Part shown: piece after piece, positions 1 to 9,706 of the stretch
Position numbering within the stretch: the first letter of the stretch is position 1
How the letters are laid out: each line of letters begins with the position of its first letter
Origin: Anaerolineae bacterium
Lineage (GTDB): Bacteria; Chloroflexota; Anaerolineae; Anaerolineales; UBA6663
DNA: 64,000 bases
NCBI GenBank assembly: GCA_037442085.1
Contig: JBBIQY010000001.1
Coordinates: 46,174-110,173, forward strand
Direction of reading: 5' to 3'
Made by a program: the position numbers and the translations under genes
The notes under the pieces: generated by a model
Told to the model about the DNA's origin: nothing
Database searches by the model: none
What the model saw: only the letters and a program-made list of their open reading frames with translations

Positions 1-408
1 CTGGTGCTGGCAGCCTTCGGCTGGCTGGGCGTGGCGCGGCTGATGCGCGGCATGGTGCTCTCCATCAAGAATATGGAGTATGTAGACGCGGCGCGCGCCC
101 TGGGCGTCTCGGACTTCGGCATCATCATCCGGCACCTGATCCCCAACGCCTTCGCCCCCATCATCGTGCAGGCCAGCCTGGCTCTGGCCGGCTTCGTCAT
201 CGTCGAGTCCGTGCTGAGCTTCCTGGCCTTCGGCATCCAAGACCCGACGCCGACGTGGGGCAACATGCTGTCGTTCACCCAGGCCTACATGTTCCAGTAC
301 CCGTGGCTGCCGCTGATCCCGGGCCTGCCCATTTTCATATGTGCCATGGCCTTCAACTTCGTCGGCGACGGCCTGCGCGACGCGCTCGATCCGCGGCTGA
401 AGCGCTAA
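1..408 (+). CDS. ABC peptide permease, C-terminal fragment (OppC/DppC family); 5' end outside window
   Basis: Frame is open from base 1 to the stop at 406-408. Translation (...RHLIPNAFAPIIVQASLALAGFVIVESVLSFLAFG...NFVGDGLRDALDPRLKR) is the conserved C-terminal half of OppC/DppC-type permeases. Two Opp/Dpp-type ATPase genes follow. Confidence 0.85.
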   Translation: MVLAAFGWLGVARLMRGMVLSIKNMEYVDAARALGVSDFGIIIRHLIPNAFAPIIVQASLALAGFVIVESVLSFLAFGIQDPTPTWGNMLSFTQAYMFQYPWLPLIPGLPIFICAMAFNFVGDGLRDALDPRLKR

Positions 409-438
409 CTCAAGCCGTAACAGATTTGGAGAGCATAG

Positions 439-1511
439 ATGGCTGAGGAGAAGATCAAATCGAACGGCGCCACGTCGAACATCCTGGAAGTGCGCGGCAT
501 CAAGACGTACTTCTATACGGAGGACGGCGTCGTGAAGGCGGTGGACGGCGTGGATTTCACCGTTCGGCGCGGCGAGGTGCTCGGCCTGGTCGGCGAATCC
601 GGCTGCGGCAAGAGCGTCACCTCGCTCTCGATCATGCGCCTGATCGGCCAGCCGGGCAAGACGCTCGAGGGCGAGATCATCTTCGACGGCAAAGATCTGC
701 TCAAGCTGTCGGAAGCCGAGATGGTGCACATACGCGGCAACCGCATCGCCATGATCTTCCAGCAGCCGCAATCCGCCCTCAATCCGGTCTTCCGCGTCGG
801 CGACCAGATCGCCGAAGTGCTCGACATCCATCGCTCGCTGGGCAAGGAAGCGGGCTGGCAGCGCGCCATCGAACTCCTGAAGATGGTGGGCATCCCGGAT
901 GCCGAGCGCCGCGCGCACGCCTTCCCGCATGAGCTATCCGGCGGTATGGCCCAGCGCGTGATGATCGCCATGGCGCTGGCCTGCGTGCCCGAACTGCTCA
1001 TCGCCGACGAGCCGACCACCGCGCTCGACGTGACCATCCAGGCTCAGATCCTCGACCTGATCCGCGACCTGCGCACCAAGTTCGAAGCTTCCATCATCCT
1101 GATCACGCATGACCTGGGCGTGGTGGCGGAGATGTGCGAGCGCGTCTGCGTGATGTACGCCGGGCAGATCGTCGAGCAAACGGATGTGCGCACGCTCTTC
1201 GCTGAGCCGAAGCATCCCTACACCAAAGGCCTGATCGGCTCCATCCCAGTGCTGGGCGTCATCAAGGATAAGCTCGATACCATCCCCGGCTCGGTGCCCA
1301 ACCTGATCAACCTGCCGCAGGGCTGCCGCTTTGCGCCGCGCTGCCAGGCCCGTCTAGATTATGGCCTGACCATCTGTACGGAAGTCATGCCTGAACTGAA
1401 ACCGGTTGGCAGCGAGCACCTGGTACGCTGCTGGTTGTATCACCCGATGCCGCAACACGGACATATCGCACCTTTGGCTGATCAAACCCCAGAGTCGCGC
1501 GAGGTGAGCCG

Positions 1512-1515
<4 letters not shown>
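439..1515 (+). CDS. Oligopeptide/dipeptide ABC transporter ATP-binding protein (OppD/DppD-like)
   Basis: 358-aa ORF with Walker [12 protein letters not shown] signature LSGGMAQR and Walker [13 protein letters not shown]. It has the C-terminal Opp-type extension (PKHPYTKGL...GCRFAPRC). ATGA overlap with the next gene at 1512-1515. Confidence 0.9.
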
Positions 1516-2531
<1,016 letters not shown>

Positions 2532-2656
2532 GCGGGCCTGGCGACTGAAGTCGCGGCAACGCGGCAACGCCGAAGCCCGCCGGGCCGGGGTCGCCGCCAG
2601 GCGGCTCTGCCGACGTGGGCGCGGTTCCTAACCGTCCCTCTCCACCGTTTTCCCGA

Positions 2657-2686
2657 TTGTTCCATCCCGCGCCGTCGTGCTAGAAT
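2657..2686 (+). promoter_or_regulatory. Putative sigma-70 promoter with extended -10 for the response-regulator gene
   Basis: TTGTTC (2657-2662), 18-nt spacer, TGcTAGAAT (2678-2686). Shine-Dalgarno AAAGGAG at 2707-2713 precedes ATG 2719. Pattern match only. Confidence 0.4.
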
Positions 2687-2718
2687 CGCGGCACCGCTCG
2701 TCTGCCAAAGGAGCCGCC

Positions 2719-3870
2719 ATGACGGCCAAACGGATTCTGCTTGTAGACGATCAACGCGAGATTACGCGCTTCCTCCGCTCGGCGCTGGAGACCCTCAACC
2801 GGGGCGACATTATCGTGGAGGTGCCCTCCGGGGAGGAGACTCTGCTGGAGATCGGGCGGGGCGGCGCCGACCTGTTGGTGATTGACGTGCGCCTACCCGG
2901 CATCAGCGGCCTGGACGTGGTGCGCCGGCTGCGTCGCGCCAATTCACGCGCTTCCGTCATCGTCATCAGCGGCGTGGCCGACGCACGGCTGGAGGCCGAG
3001 GCGCAAAACCTGGGGGTGCTGGCCTTCCTGCGCAAGCCGCTCAACGTCAACATCTTCCTCCCGCTGGCCGAGCGCGCGCTTGGCGCCCCTACCGGCGAGC
3101 TGGAAGCGCCGCCGCCCGAAAACGATCAGCCCGCCATCTCCGAGCGATTGTCCACCCTGCGCCGTGACCTGGGCGCCAGCGCCGTTTTCCTGGTGGACAT
3201 GCAGGCGACGATTGCCGTGCGCGCCGGCGACATCACGGATGTTGACCTCGACCCCCTGATGGTGGAAGTGGTCACGGCCATGATCGCTTCGCTCAACATC
3301 AGCCGTCTGGTCGGCGGCCTGATCCCCACCAACATCCATTTCTTCGACGGCGATGAGTACGATGTGTACGCTGTCAACGTCGGTCAGTACTACTCTATCG
3401 TCATCGTCTTCGACGGCGAGCGGGGGGCCGGCCAGATGGGCCCGGTGATGCGCTATGGCCGCCAGTGCGCCGACGATCTGCTCAACTCGCTGGTCATGCT
3501 GGGCGTCAAGACGGAGGCGACCTCCGTGTTCGCACCGCGCGCTACCGGGATGCTGCGGCCCGTCACTACGCCGTTGCAGCCTGACAAGGCTGTCCCGGCG
3601 TCGGCCAATGCCCCACCGGATGTCTCTCCAGTTGCTGCGCCGGCGCTCGCCCGAGCCGCGCCTACCGAGCCGACCCTGCCCCCGGTCGCAGAGAAACCCC
3701 TGACCGAAGCTGAGTTGCAGGCGCTCGACCGGGCGCTGGCCAGCCTCAATAGCCAGGACGCGCAGGCCTTTTGGGAGTCTTTGGAGACAGCTGCCGAGAT
3801 CGAGCCGGTGCGCGCCGACGCGCTCTCCTTTGAAGAAGCGGAAAAGCTGGGCCTGGTGGAGAAAAAGTGA
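2719..3870 (+). CDS. Response regulator: N-terminal receiver domain, central Roadblock/LC7-like region, Pro/Ala-rich tail
   Basis: I prefer ATG 2719 (with SD) over the GTG at 2677 in the ORF track. REC motifs: KRILLVDDQ, DLLVIDVRLPGISG, VIVISG, FLRKP. The central segment AVFLVDMQATIAVRAGD...YYSIVIVFDGERG resembles MglB/Roadblock folds (inference). No DNA-binding output domain is visible. Confidence 0.8.
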   Translation: MTAKRILLVDDQREITRFLRSALETLNRGDIIVEVPSGEETLLEIGRGGADLLVIDVRLPGISGLDVVRRLRRANSRASVIVISGVADARLEAEAQNLGVLAFLRKPLNVNIFLPLAERALGAPTGELEAPPPENDQPAISERLSTLRRDLGASAVFLVDMQATIAVRAGDITDVDLDPLMVEVVTAMIASLNISRLVGGLIPTNIHFFDGDEYDVYAVNVGQYYSIVIVFDGERGAGQMGPVMRYGRQCADDLLNSLVMLGVKTEATSVFAPRATGMLRPVTTPLQPDKAVPASANAPPDVSPVAAPALARAAPTEPTLPPVAEKPLTEAELQALDRALASLNSQDAQAFWESLETAAEIEPVRADALSFEEAEKLGLVEKK

Positions 3871-3941
3871 TCGCGTAAATGAGCCGCCAGGTCAGTGCGT
3901 AACCATGAAACGCTTCGCTTGAGCGCTTTCGCCCGGTTACA

Positions 3942-4060
3942 TGTTGATCGTGTGCACGCCAAAGATGTCAGTGACAGCCGCATCCTGAGCGGAGCGGGCT
4001 GCTTTTGCCCGCGCAGTCGAAGGAGCGGCTGACAACCTTTGCGTGCACACCGTGTTGATC
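3942..4060. repeat. MITE-like long hairpin element flanked by 8-bp direct repeats
   Basis: TGTTGATC occurs at 3942-3949 and again at 4053-4060. The inner arms GTGTGCACGCcAAAG (3950-3964) and CTTTGCGTGCACAC (4037-4050) pair over 14 bp with one bulge. A second stem pairs CAGCCGC (3975-3981) with GCGGCTG (4025-4031). An apical hairpin is GCGGGC-tgctttt-GCCCGC (3994-4012). Confidence 0.4.
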
Positions 4061-4086
4061 CGAGTCCGCGTGTGCCTGACCGGCCA

Positions 4087-4095
4087 TGCTATAAT
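4087..4095 (+). promoter_or_regulatory. Putative extended -10 promoter of tRNA-Gln
   Basis: TGcTATAAT at 4087-4095, 11 nt upstream of the mature tRNA 5' end. No convincing -35. Confidence 0.4.
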
Positions 4096-4106
4096 CTCGC
4101 CGTGAT

Positions 4107-4178
4107 TGGGGCATGGTGCAATTGGCAGCACACCGGACTTTGGATCCGTTAATCCTGGTTCGAGTCCAGGTGCCCCAG
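4107..4178 (+). tRNA. tRNA-Gln (anticodon UUG)
   Basis: Hand-folded cloverleaf. Acceptor stem TGGGGCA/TGCCCCA has U1-A72 and discriminator G73, as in bacterial tRNA-Gln. Anticodon arm is CCGGA-CTTTGGA-TCCGT (loop CU-UUG-GA). T arm is CCTGG-TTCGAGT-CCAGG. CCA is not fully encoded (GCCT follows). Confidence 0.85.
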
Positions 4179-4348
4179 CCTGAGCCTGACGCTGACAGTG
4201 CGGCCCCTGGTCGCACTGCAGGGCCGGGCGCGTGTATGAGTTCGACTTGGGAAGGCCCTCACCAGCGCTTGCCCGCCGGCGTCTCTGGCCGCTGCGGGCT
4301 TTCTTTACACCTGCGCGCTCACTCTCTCACTCGAGTCAAAGACAACCT

Positions 4349-5704
4349 ATGACGCTAGCTGCTGTCATCCTGGCGGCGGGCCAGGGCACCCGCTTCAAGT
4401 CGTCCCTGCCCAAAGTTCTGCATCGGTTGGGCGGACGGCCGCTCGTCCGCTATGCGGTGGAGGCCGCACAGTCCGTCGCCACTCTGCCGCCGGTGCTCGT
4501 CATCGGGCATGGCGCTGAGGCCGTGCGCGCCGAACTGGGCGACCGTGTGCTCTATGCCGTTCAGGCAGAGCAGCTTGGCACCGGCCACGCCGTGCTCCAG
4601 GCCGCTGAGCTGCTGCGTGGGCGGTGCCAGCGCGTGCTCGTCACCTACGGCGACACGCCGCTGGTGCGAGCCGAGACGTTGCACGCGCTGGCGGAGTCTC
4701 AGTCGCAGAACACCGGCCCGATCACCCTGCTCTCGATTGACGCGCCGCAACTGGACGACTTTGGCCGCGTCGTTCGCGATGCGCAGGGCCGCGTCACGGC
4801 GCTGGTGGAAGCCGCCCAGTGCACGCCCGCCCAGCGCGATATCCCGGAGCGCAACGCCGGCGCCTACTGCTTCGATGCGGCGTGGTTGTGGGCGCACCTG
4901 CCGCGCCTGCCGCTCTCCCCCAAAGGCGAGTTTTATCTGACGGACACGGTGGCGCAGGCAGTCGCGGAAGGCTTGACGGTGGCGGCCATCAAGACGACGG
5001 ACGAGGCCGAGACGCTCGGCGTGAACACCCGCGCGCAACTGGCTCAGGCCGAAGCACTTTTGCGCCGGCGCACCAACCAGCGATGGATGGCGGAAGGCGT
5101 CACCCTCATTGACCCGGCCACGACCTACATCGAGCCGAGCGTTACCCTCGGGCGTGATACCGTGATCTGGCCGAACACGCACCTGCAGGGACAAACGACC
5201 GTCGGCGAAAACTGCGTCCTCGGCCCGAACACCATCATCCGTGACACGACGGTTGGCGCCGGCTGCCGCATCGAGTACGCCGTGCTGGAGGGCGCCTGGC
5301 TGGCCGAAGACGTCGAGATCGGCCCGTTTGCGCACTTGCGCCAGGGCGCGCGGCTGGAGCGCGGCGTCCACCTGGGCAACTTCGGTGAGGTGAAGAACAG
5401 CACGCTCGGACCGGGCGTGAAGATGGGCCACTTCAGCTATATCGGCGACGCCATCATCGGCGCCGAGACGAACATCGGCGCCGGCACGATCACCTGTAAT
5501 TACGACGGCGCCAGGAAGCATCGGACGGTCATCGGAGAAAACGTCTTCATCGGCAGCGACACCATGCTCGTGGCGCCGCTGACGGTGGGCGAGGGCGCGC
5601 GCACCGGGGCCGGCGCGGTGGTGACCAGGGACGTGCCCGCGCATTCGCTGGCGGTGGGTGTGCCTGCCCGCGTGATTCGGAAACTCAAGGCCGACGCGGG
5701 CTGA
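4349..5704 (+). CDS. glmU: Bifunctional UDP-N-acetylglucosamine pyrophosphorylase / glucosamine-1-phosphate N-acetyltransferase
   Basis: I prefer ATG 4349 (MTLAAVILAAGQGTRFKS, the LxxGxGTR motif at the N-terminus). The upstream extension from 4232 looks non-coding. C-terminal hexapeptide-repeat left-handed beta-helix (…IGDAIIGAETNIGAGTITCNYDG…). Length of 451 aa is typical. Confidence 0.9.
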   Translation: MTLAAVILAAGQGTRFKSSLPKVLHRLGGRPLVRYAVEAAQSVATLPPVLVIGHGAEAVRAELGDRVLYAVQAEQLGTGHAVLQAAELLRGRCQRVLVTYGDTPLVRAETLHALAESQSQNTGPITLLSIDAPQLDDFGRVVRDAQGRVTALVEAAQCTPAQRDIPERNAGAYCFDAAWLWAHLPRLPLSPKGEFYLTDTVAQAVAEGLTVAAIKTTDEAETLGVNTRAQLAQAEALLRRRTNQRWMAEGVTLIDPATTYIEPSVTLGRDTVIWPNTHLQGQTTVGENCVLGPNTIIRDTTVGAGCRIEYAVLEGAWLAEDVEIGPFAHLRQGARLERGVHLGNFGEVKNSTLGPGVKMGHFSYIGDAIIGAETNIGAGTITCNYDGARKHRTVIGENVFIGSDTMLVAPLTVGEGARTGAGAVVTRDVPAHSLAVGVPARVIRKLKADAG

Positions 5705-5740
5705 GTGGGAGGCAGCGTCAGGCGGCCGGGGTTTTTTTCG

Positions 5741-7129
5741 ATGTTGGACTATTCACTGGGGATCGGCATCATCGCGGCTTTGCTCCTGTTGAACGGCTGG
5801 CTCTCCGCGGCGCGCGCCGCGCTGGTGAACGCCTCGCGCGGGCGGCTGCGGCAGATGGCGCAGGAGGGCGTGGGCGGCGCGGCGCGCGCGCTGCGCGTGG
5901 CGGAAGATGCCACGGCGCTGCTCTCCACGATGCGCTTCTCGCAAACGTTCTGCCGCTTTGGCGTGGCCGGCCTGGCGGCCCTGCTGTTCACCCGCCGCCT
6001 GACGGAAGCCTTCGGCGACGGCCTGTCCCTGGATCCGCGCTTCCAGTTCCTGGTCTTCTTCCTCATCCTGCTGGTCGGCACGATGATCGTGGTCAGCCTC
6101 GGCGAATTCCTGCCGGAAGCGCTGGCCCTGCGTGCGCCGGAGGACGCGGCGCTGTTTTTTGCGCCGTCGGTGGCGTTTTTGGAATGGCTGCTCGCGCCGG
6201 TGGTGCGCGTCTCGCTCTGGCTGGCGTCGCGGGCCGCGCCCTCCCTCAAGGGCCAGCGCCTGCCGCTCGTCACCGAAGAGGAAATCAAGACGCTGGTGGA
6301 CGCCGGCGAGGAGGGCGGCGCTATCGAAGAAGACGAAAAAGAGATGATCTACTCGATCTTCGAGATCAGCGACACCTGGGCGCGCGAATTGATGGTGCCG
6401 CGCATTGATGTGTTGGCCCTCGATGTGAACACGCCGCTGCCGGAAGCGGTTGACGCGCTGCTGGCCGCCGGCCACAGCCGCGCCCCTGTGTACGAGCACT
6501 CGATTGATAACATCCTCGGCGTGCTCTACGTCAAAGACCTGCTCAAACAGTGGCGCGGCGGCAACCTCGACGTCAGCCTGCGCGCGCTGCTGCGCCCGGC
6601 TTACTTTGTGCCGGAAACCAAGAAGGCCAACGAACTCCTGGCCGAGCTGCAGCAGAAGCGCATCCACATGGCCATCGTGGTGGACGAATACGGCGGCACG
6701 GCCGGCCTGGTTACGCTGGAGGACATCGTTGAAGAGATCGTCGGCGACATCCGTGACGAGTATGACACCAACGAAGAGGCCTACGTCGAACGCGTCAGCG
6801 ATACGGAATACGTCTTCGACGCGCGCCTGGACCTGGACGAGGTGAACGACCTGCTCGGGCTCAATCTGTCGTCCGAAGACGCCGACTCGCTGGGCGGCTT
6901 TATCTACGGCCAACTCGGCCACATCCCGACCCTGGGTGAAAAAGTGCTGGCCTCGGGCGTCACCTTCGAAGTGCTGATGGTGACGGGCCGCCGTATTCGC
7001 AAAGTACGGGCGACCCTGCCAGCCCCGCTGCGGCCCGAGTCGCCCGAAGTGCCCGAACCGCGTAAAATCAATGGCACCCGGCCGCTGACGCATCCGACGC
7101 TGCCGGCTGAAAGCCCGACGAATGAATGA
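5741..7129 (+). CDS. CNNM/CorC-family membrane protein (DUF21 TM domain, tandem CBS, CorC_HlyC)
   Basis: Hydrophobic N-terminal DUF21-like region, then MVPRIDV...CBS pair...[35 protein letters not shown], then a C-terminal transporter-associated domain. The start is uncertain (GTG 5705 or ATG 5741). Confidence 0.85.
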   Translation: MLDYSLGIGIIAALLLLNGWLSAARAALVNASRGRLRQMAQEGVGGAARALRVAEDATALLSTMRFSQTFCRFGVAGLAALLFTRRLTEAFGDGLSLDPRFQFLVFFLILLVGTMIVVSLGEFLPEALALRAPEDAALFFAPSVAFLEWLLAPVVRVSLWLASRAAPSLKGQRLPLVTEEEIKTLVDAGEEGGAIEEDEKEMIYSIFEISDTWARELMVPRIDVLALDVNTPLPEAVDALLAAGHSRAPVYEHSIDNILGVLYVKDLLKQWRGGNLDVSLRALLRPAYFVPETKKANELLAELQQKRIHMAIVVDEYGGTAGLVTLEDIVEEIVGDIRDEYDTNEEAYVERVSDTEYVFDARLDLDEVNDLLGLNLSSEDADSLGGFIYGQLGHIPTLGEKVLASGVTFEVLMVTGRRIRKVRATLPAPLRPESPEVPEPRKINGTRPLTHPTLPAESPTNE

Positions 7130-7547
7130 CGCCGACATCGCCCATCTGGCTGCCCGCGCCCTGGAGGCCCGCCGATGGGCGTATGCGCCCTACTCGCGCT
7201 ACCGCGTCGGCGCGGCTTTGCTGGCGACCTCCGGCAAAACCTACGACGGCTGCAATGTGGAAAACGCTGCCTACCCGGCGACGATCTGCGCCGAACGTGT
7301 GGCCGTGTTCAAGGCCATCTCCGAGGGCGAGCGTCAGTTCACGGCCATCGCCGTAGCCACCGAAAACGGCGGCTCGCCGTGCGGCGCGTGCCGCCAGGTG
7401 CTGGCCGAGTTTGCGCCCGACCTGACCGTGTTCATCGTCAATGGGCGCGGCGACGTGACAAAACAAACCACAGTCCGCGAACTGCTGCCCGACCACTTTG
7501 GGCCGGCACAGTTGAGCGTGACCGGCGACGATGAGCGACCAGCCTGA
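7122..7547 (+). CDS. cdd: Cytidine deaminase
   Basis: 141 aa with zinc-ligand motifs CAERVAVF and PCGACRQVLAEF. The start overlaps the CorC stop. Confidence 0.9.
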   Translation: MNDADIAHLAARALEARRWAYAPYSRYRVGAALLATSGKTYDGCNVENAAYPATICAERVAVFKAISEGERQFTAIAVATENGGSPCGACRQVLAEFAPDLTVFIVNGRGDVTKQTTVRELLPDHFGPAQLSVTGDDERPA

Positions 7548-8280
7548 ACCGAAACCCGACAGTACGCCCGAACCCGGCGGATTGAATGTGAGCGGTGGCC
7601 GCGATGTCAACGTCGGCGGCGACGTGGCCGGGCGCGACGTGGTCAAGACCACGACGACCATCACCGGCTTCAGCGAGCAGGCCGTGCAGCGTTTGCTGCT
7701 CATAGTTGGCGCATTGGTCTTCGTCACGGCAGCCTGCTTTTTTTCCGGCGGGCTGGCCGTCGGCTTCTTCGCTTTCGATGCGCTCAACAAACAGGTCGGC
7801 TCTTCACAGGAAGCGGCTCTGCGGTTTCAGGCCGGCCTCAACCAGCTCAACGCCCTTCAGCCCGGTCAGCCGTTCACCTTTGCCTTCAGCGAAGATGAGA
7901 TCAGTTCCTATGTGCGCTTCATTGCCGGTCCGCAGCTGGGTTTTGCGCCGGATAGCGGCCGGGCGCGCCTGGTGACGGATGCAGTTAGCGGTGAGACCCG
8001 GATCGTCATCGCCGGCCAGCTGCGCGACGCCGGCAACTTGCCCGTGGTCGCCACGCTCGACCTGCAGAACACGCCGGGCGCGCCTTTCCGCATCCGCTCG
8101 GCGGCGGCACAGGTGCTCAACACCGGCACAGCCTTTGGCTGGGTCGTCGTGCCCACACCGATAATTCAGCCGGTGCAGGATCGGCTCAATACGTTGCTGG
8201 GTGAGGTGACGCTGACCAGGGCCGTCAGCGACAACGACCCCGTGAACCCGACCTGGCAAATCAGCGGGGTTGTGCGATGA
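7531..8280 (+). CDS. Hypothetical single-pass membrane protein
   Basis: 249-aa ORF that overlaps the cdd stop and the next gene's start. N-terminal G/D/V-rich motif LNVSGGRDVNVGGDVAGRDVV, then a TM segment (LLLIVGALVFVTAACFFSGGLAVGFFAF). I recognise no family. Confidence 0.6.
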   Translation: MSDQPEPKPDSTPEPGGLNVSGGRDVNVGGDVAGRDVVKTTTTITGFSEQAVQRLLLIVGALVFVTAACFFSGGLAVGFFAFDALNKQVGSSQEAALRFQAGLNQLNALQPGQPFTFAFSEDEISSYVRFIAGPQLGFAPDSGRARLVTDAVSGETRIVIAGQLRDAGNLPVVATLDLQNTPGAPFRIRSAAAQVLNTGTAFGWVVVPTPIIQPVQDRLNTLLGEVTLTRAVSDNDPVNPTWQISGVVR

Positions 8281-8837
8281 GGCCGAGCGGCCGGGCCGTC
8301 AGGCGGCCCTCGGGCTTCACCGGCTGGCGCTGGGAACTGCTGGGGAACGTCACGGGGCGCACGCTGGAGGTAGGCTGCGGCTGGGGCCACAACTTCGACC
8401 ACTATCCGGCGGCGGCTTCGGTCGCCGCTTTTGATTACGACCCGGCTCGCGTGCGCGACGCAGCCAAACGGCGCGCGCCCATCCCACTCTCCATCGCCGA
8501 TGCGCAACACCTGGCCTGGGCCGATCGCCAGTTCGACTCGGTCGTCGGCACGCTCGTCTTCTGCTCCATCCCGCGGCCGGAATCGGCCCTGGCCGAGATC
8601 CGGCGCGTGCTCAAGCCGCAGGGCCGTCTCTTCCTGCTCGAGCACGTGCGCAGTCATCACGAGTGGCTGGGCGCGGCGCAGGATGTGCTCAACCCCGCCT
8701 GGCACTGGGTCACCGGCGGCTGCAACCTCAACCGCGACACCGAGAGCACGCTGCGCGCCGCCGGTTTCACCGTCGAACGCCGCCAGGTGAGATACGCCGG
8801 CCTGCTCAAGCTAATGGTGGCTCGTCCCCTGGCGTGA
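8277..8837 (+). CDS. Class I SAM-dependent methyltransferase (Methyltransf_11-like)
   Basis: 186 aa. Motif I is LEVGCGWGHN; post-II/III is LKPQGRLFLLEH. ATGA-type overlap with the upstream ORF. Confidence 0.75.
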   Translation: MRPSGRAVRRPSGFTGWRWELLGNVTGRTLEVGCGWGHNFDHYPAAASVAAFDYDPARVRDAAKRRAPIPLSIADAQHLAWADRQFDSVVGTLVFCSIPRPESALAEIRRVLKPQGRLFLLEHVRSHHEWLGAAQDVLNPAWHWVTGGCNLNRDTESTLRAAGFTVERRQVRYAGLLKLMVARPLA

Positions 8838-8887
8838 CGGCGTGCCCGCCCCGCCTCGCTTGGATGGGTCTCGAGAGAGGTGGACGG

Positions 8888-8893
8888 TATAAT
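8888..8893 (+). promoter_or_regulatory. Putative -10 box (TATAAT) 6 nt upstream of the recO GTG; possible leaderless transcript
   Basis: TATAAT at 8888-8893, then caccct, then GTG 8900. No SD and no convincing -35. Confidence 0.35.
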
Positions 8894-8899
8894 CACCCT

Positions 8900-9691
8900 G
8901 TGCCAATTCGCGAACGAACCTATCGCACCGAAGCCATCGTGCTGCGGCGCAAAGACATCGGCGAGGCCGATCGTATCCTCACGCTGCTGACGCCGGAGCG
9001 CGGCAAAGTGCGCGCGGTAGCCAAGGGCATCCGCAAGCCGCGCTCGCGCAAGGCCGGGCATCTCGAACTGTTTACGCGCGTGAATCTGCTGATCGCCACC
9101 GGACGTGACCTGGGCATCGTGACGCAGGCGCAGGCGGTCAACGTCCATCGTCCGCTGCGCGAAGACCTGCTGCGCAATGCTTACGCCTCCTACGCCGTCG
9201 AGTTGATGGACCGCTTCACGCCGGAGCAGCAGGAAAGCCCGGAGCTGTATCACTTGCTGGCGGCGATGCTCGCCTGGCTGAGCACGGATGTGGATGTGGC
9301 CGTGGCCGCCCGCTACTACGAATTGCGCCTGCTGGCGCTGGCCGGCTACCAGCCGGAGCTGCGCCGCTGCCTGGTCGGCGGCGAAACCATCGTGGCGGAG
9401 GACCAGTTTTTCTCCATGGTGCAGGGTGGGGTGGTGTGCGCCAAATGCGGCAAGAGCGCCATCATCGGCGACCGTCGCCGGCCGGGCCTCATGCCGATCT
9501 CCACCGAAGCGCTCAAGTACCTGCGTTACTTCCAGTCGCAGCCATTCGAAAAAGTCGCCCGGCTGTCGCTGAGCGCCGGCGTGCTCGGCGAGATGGAGTT
9601 CATCCTCCAGCGCTACCTCACCTACCTGCTCGAGCGGCGATTGAAGAGCGTGGAGTTCTTGAAACTGATCCGGCGTGAGACGCTGGCCTAA
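8900..9691 (+). CDS. recO: DNA repair protein RecO
   Basis: The conserved N-terminus starts at VPIRERTYRTEAIVLRRKDIGEADRILTLLTPERGKV (OB fold). The 263-aa length fits RecO. The 79 codons upstream in the ORF track (from 8663) are Arg/Pro-rich junk overlapping the methyltransferase. Confidence 0.85.
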   Translation: MPIRERTYRTEAIVLRRKDIGEADRILTLLTPERGKVRAVAKGIRKPRSRKAGHLELFTRVNLLIATGRDLGIVTQAQAVNVHRPLREDLLRNAYASYAVELMDRFTPEQQESPELYHLLAAMLAWLSTDVDVAVAARYYELRLLALAGYQPELRRCLVGGETIVAEDQFFSMVQGGVVCAKCGKSAIIGDRRRPGLMPISTEALKYLRYFQSQPFEKVARLSLSAGVLGEMEFILQRYLTYLLERRLKSVEFLKLIRRETLA

Positions 9692-9706
9692 TCTCTCAAA
9701 TCTCGA

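Noticed and set aside
2532-2656. GC-rich complementary segments after the Opp operon (for example CCTGGCGAC...GTCGCCGCCAGG, and the GCGGCAAC GCGGCAAC direct repeat) as a terminator.
   Set aside because: There is no U-tract, and pairing is imperfect with bulges. In GC-rich sequence such complementarity arises easily, so the evidence is not strong enough to annotate.
5753-7138. 461-aa minus-strand ORF antisense to the CorC/CNNM gene.
   Set aside because: Same antisense artefact. There are no motifs and the composition is extreme in Arg/Gln/Ala. The sense strand has CBS and CorC_HlyC motifs.
8663-8899. Upstream extension of the recO ORF. Similar extensions occur for glmU (4232-4348), nuoA (17400-17525), nuoE (20361-20450), nuoM (29612-29674), the exonuclease gene (45678-45962) and GT4 (44038-44286).
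   Set aside because: The extensions overlap neighbouring genes or are compositionally non-coding. Conserved family N-termini begin at the internal starts given in the feature table.
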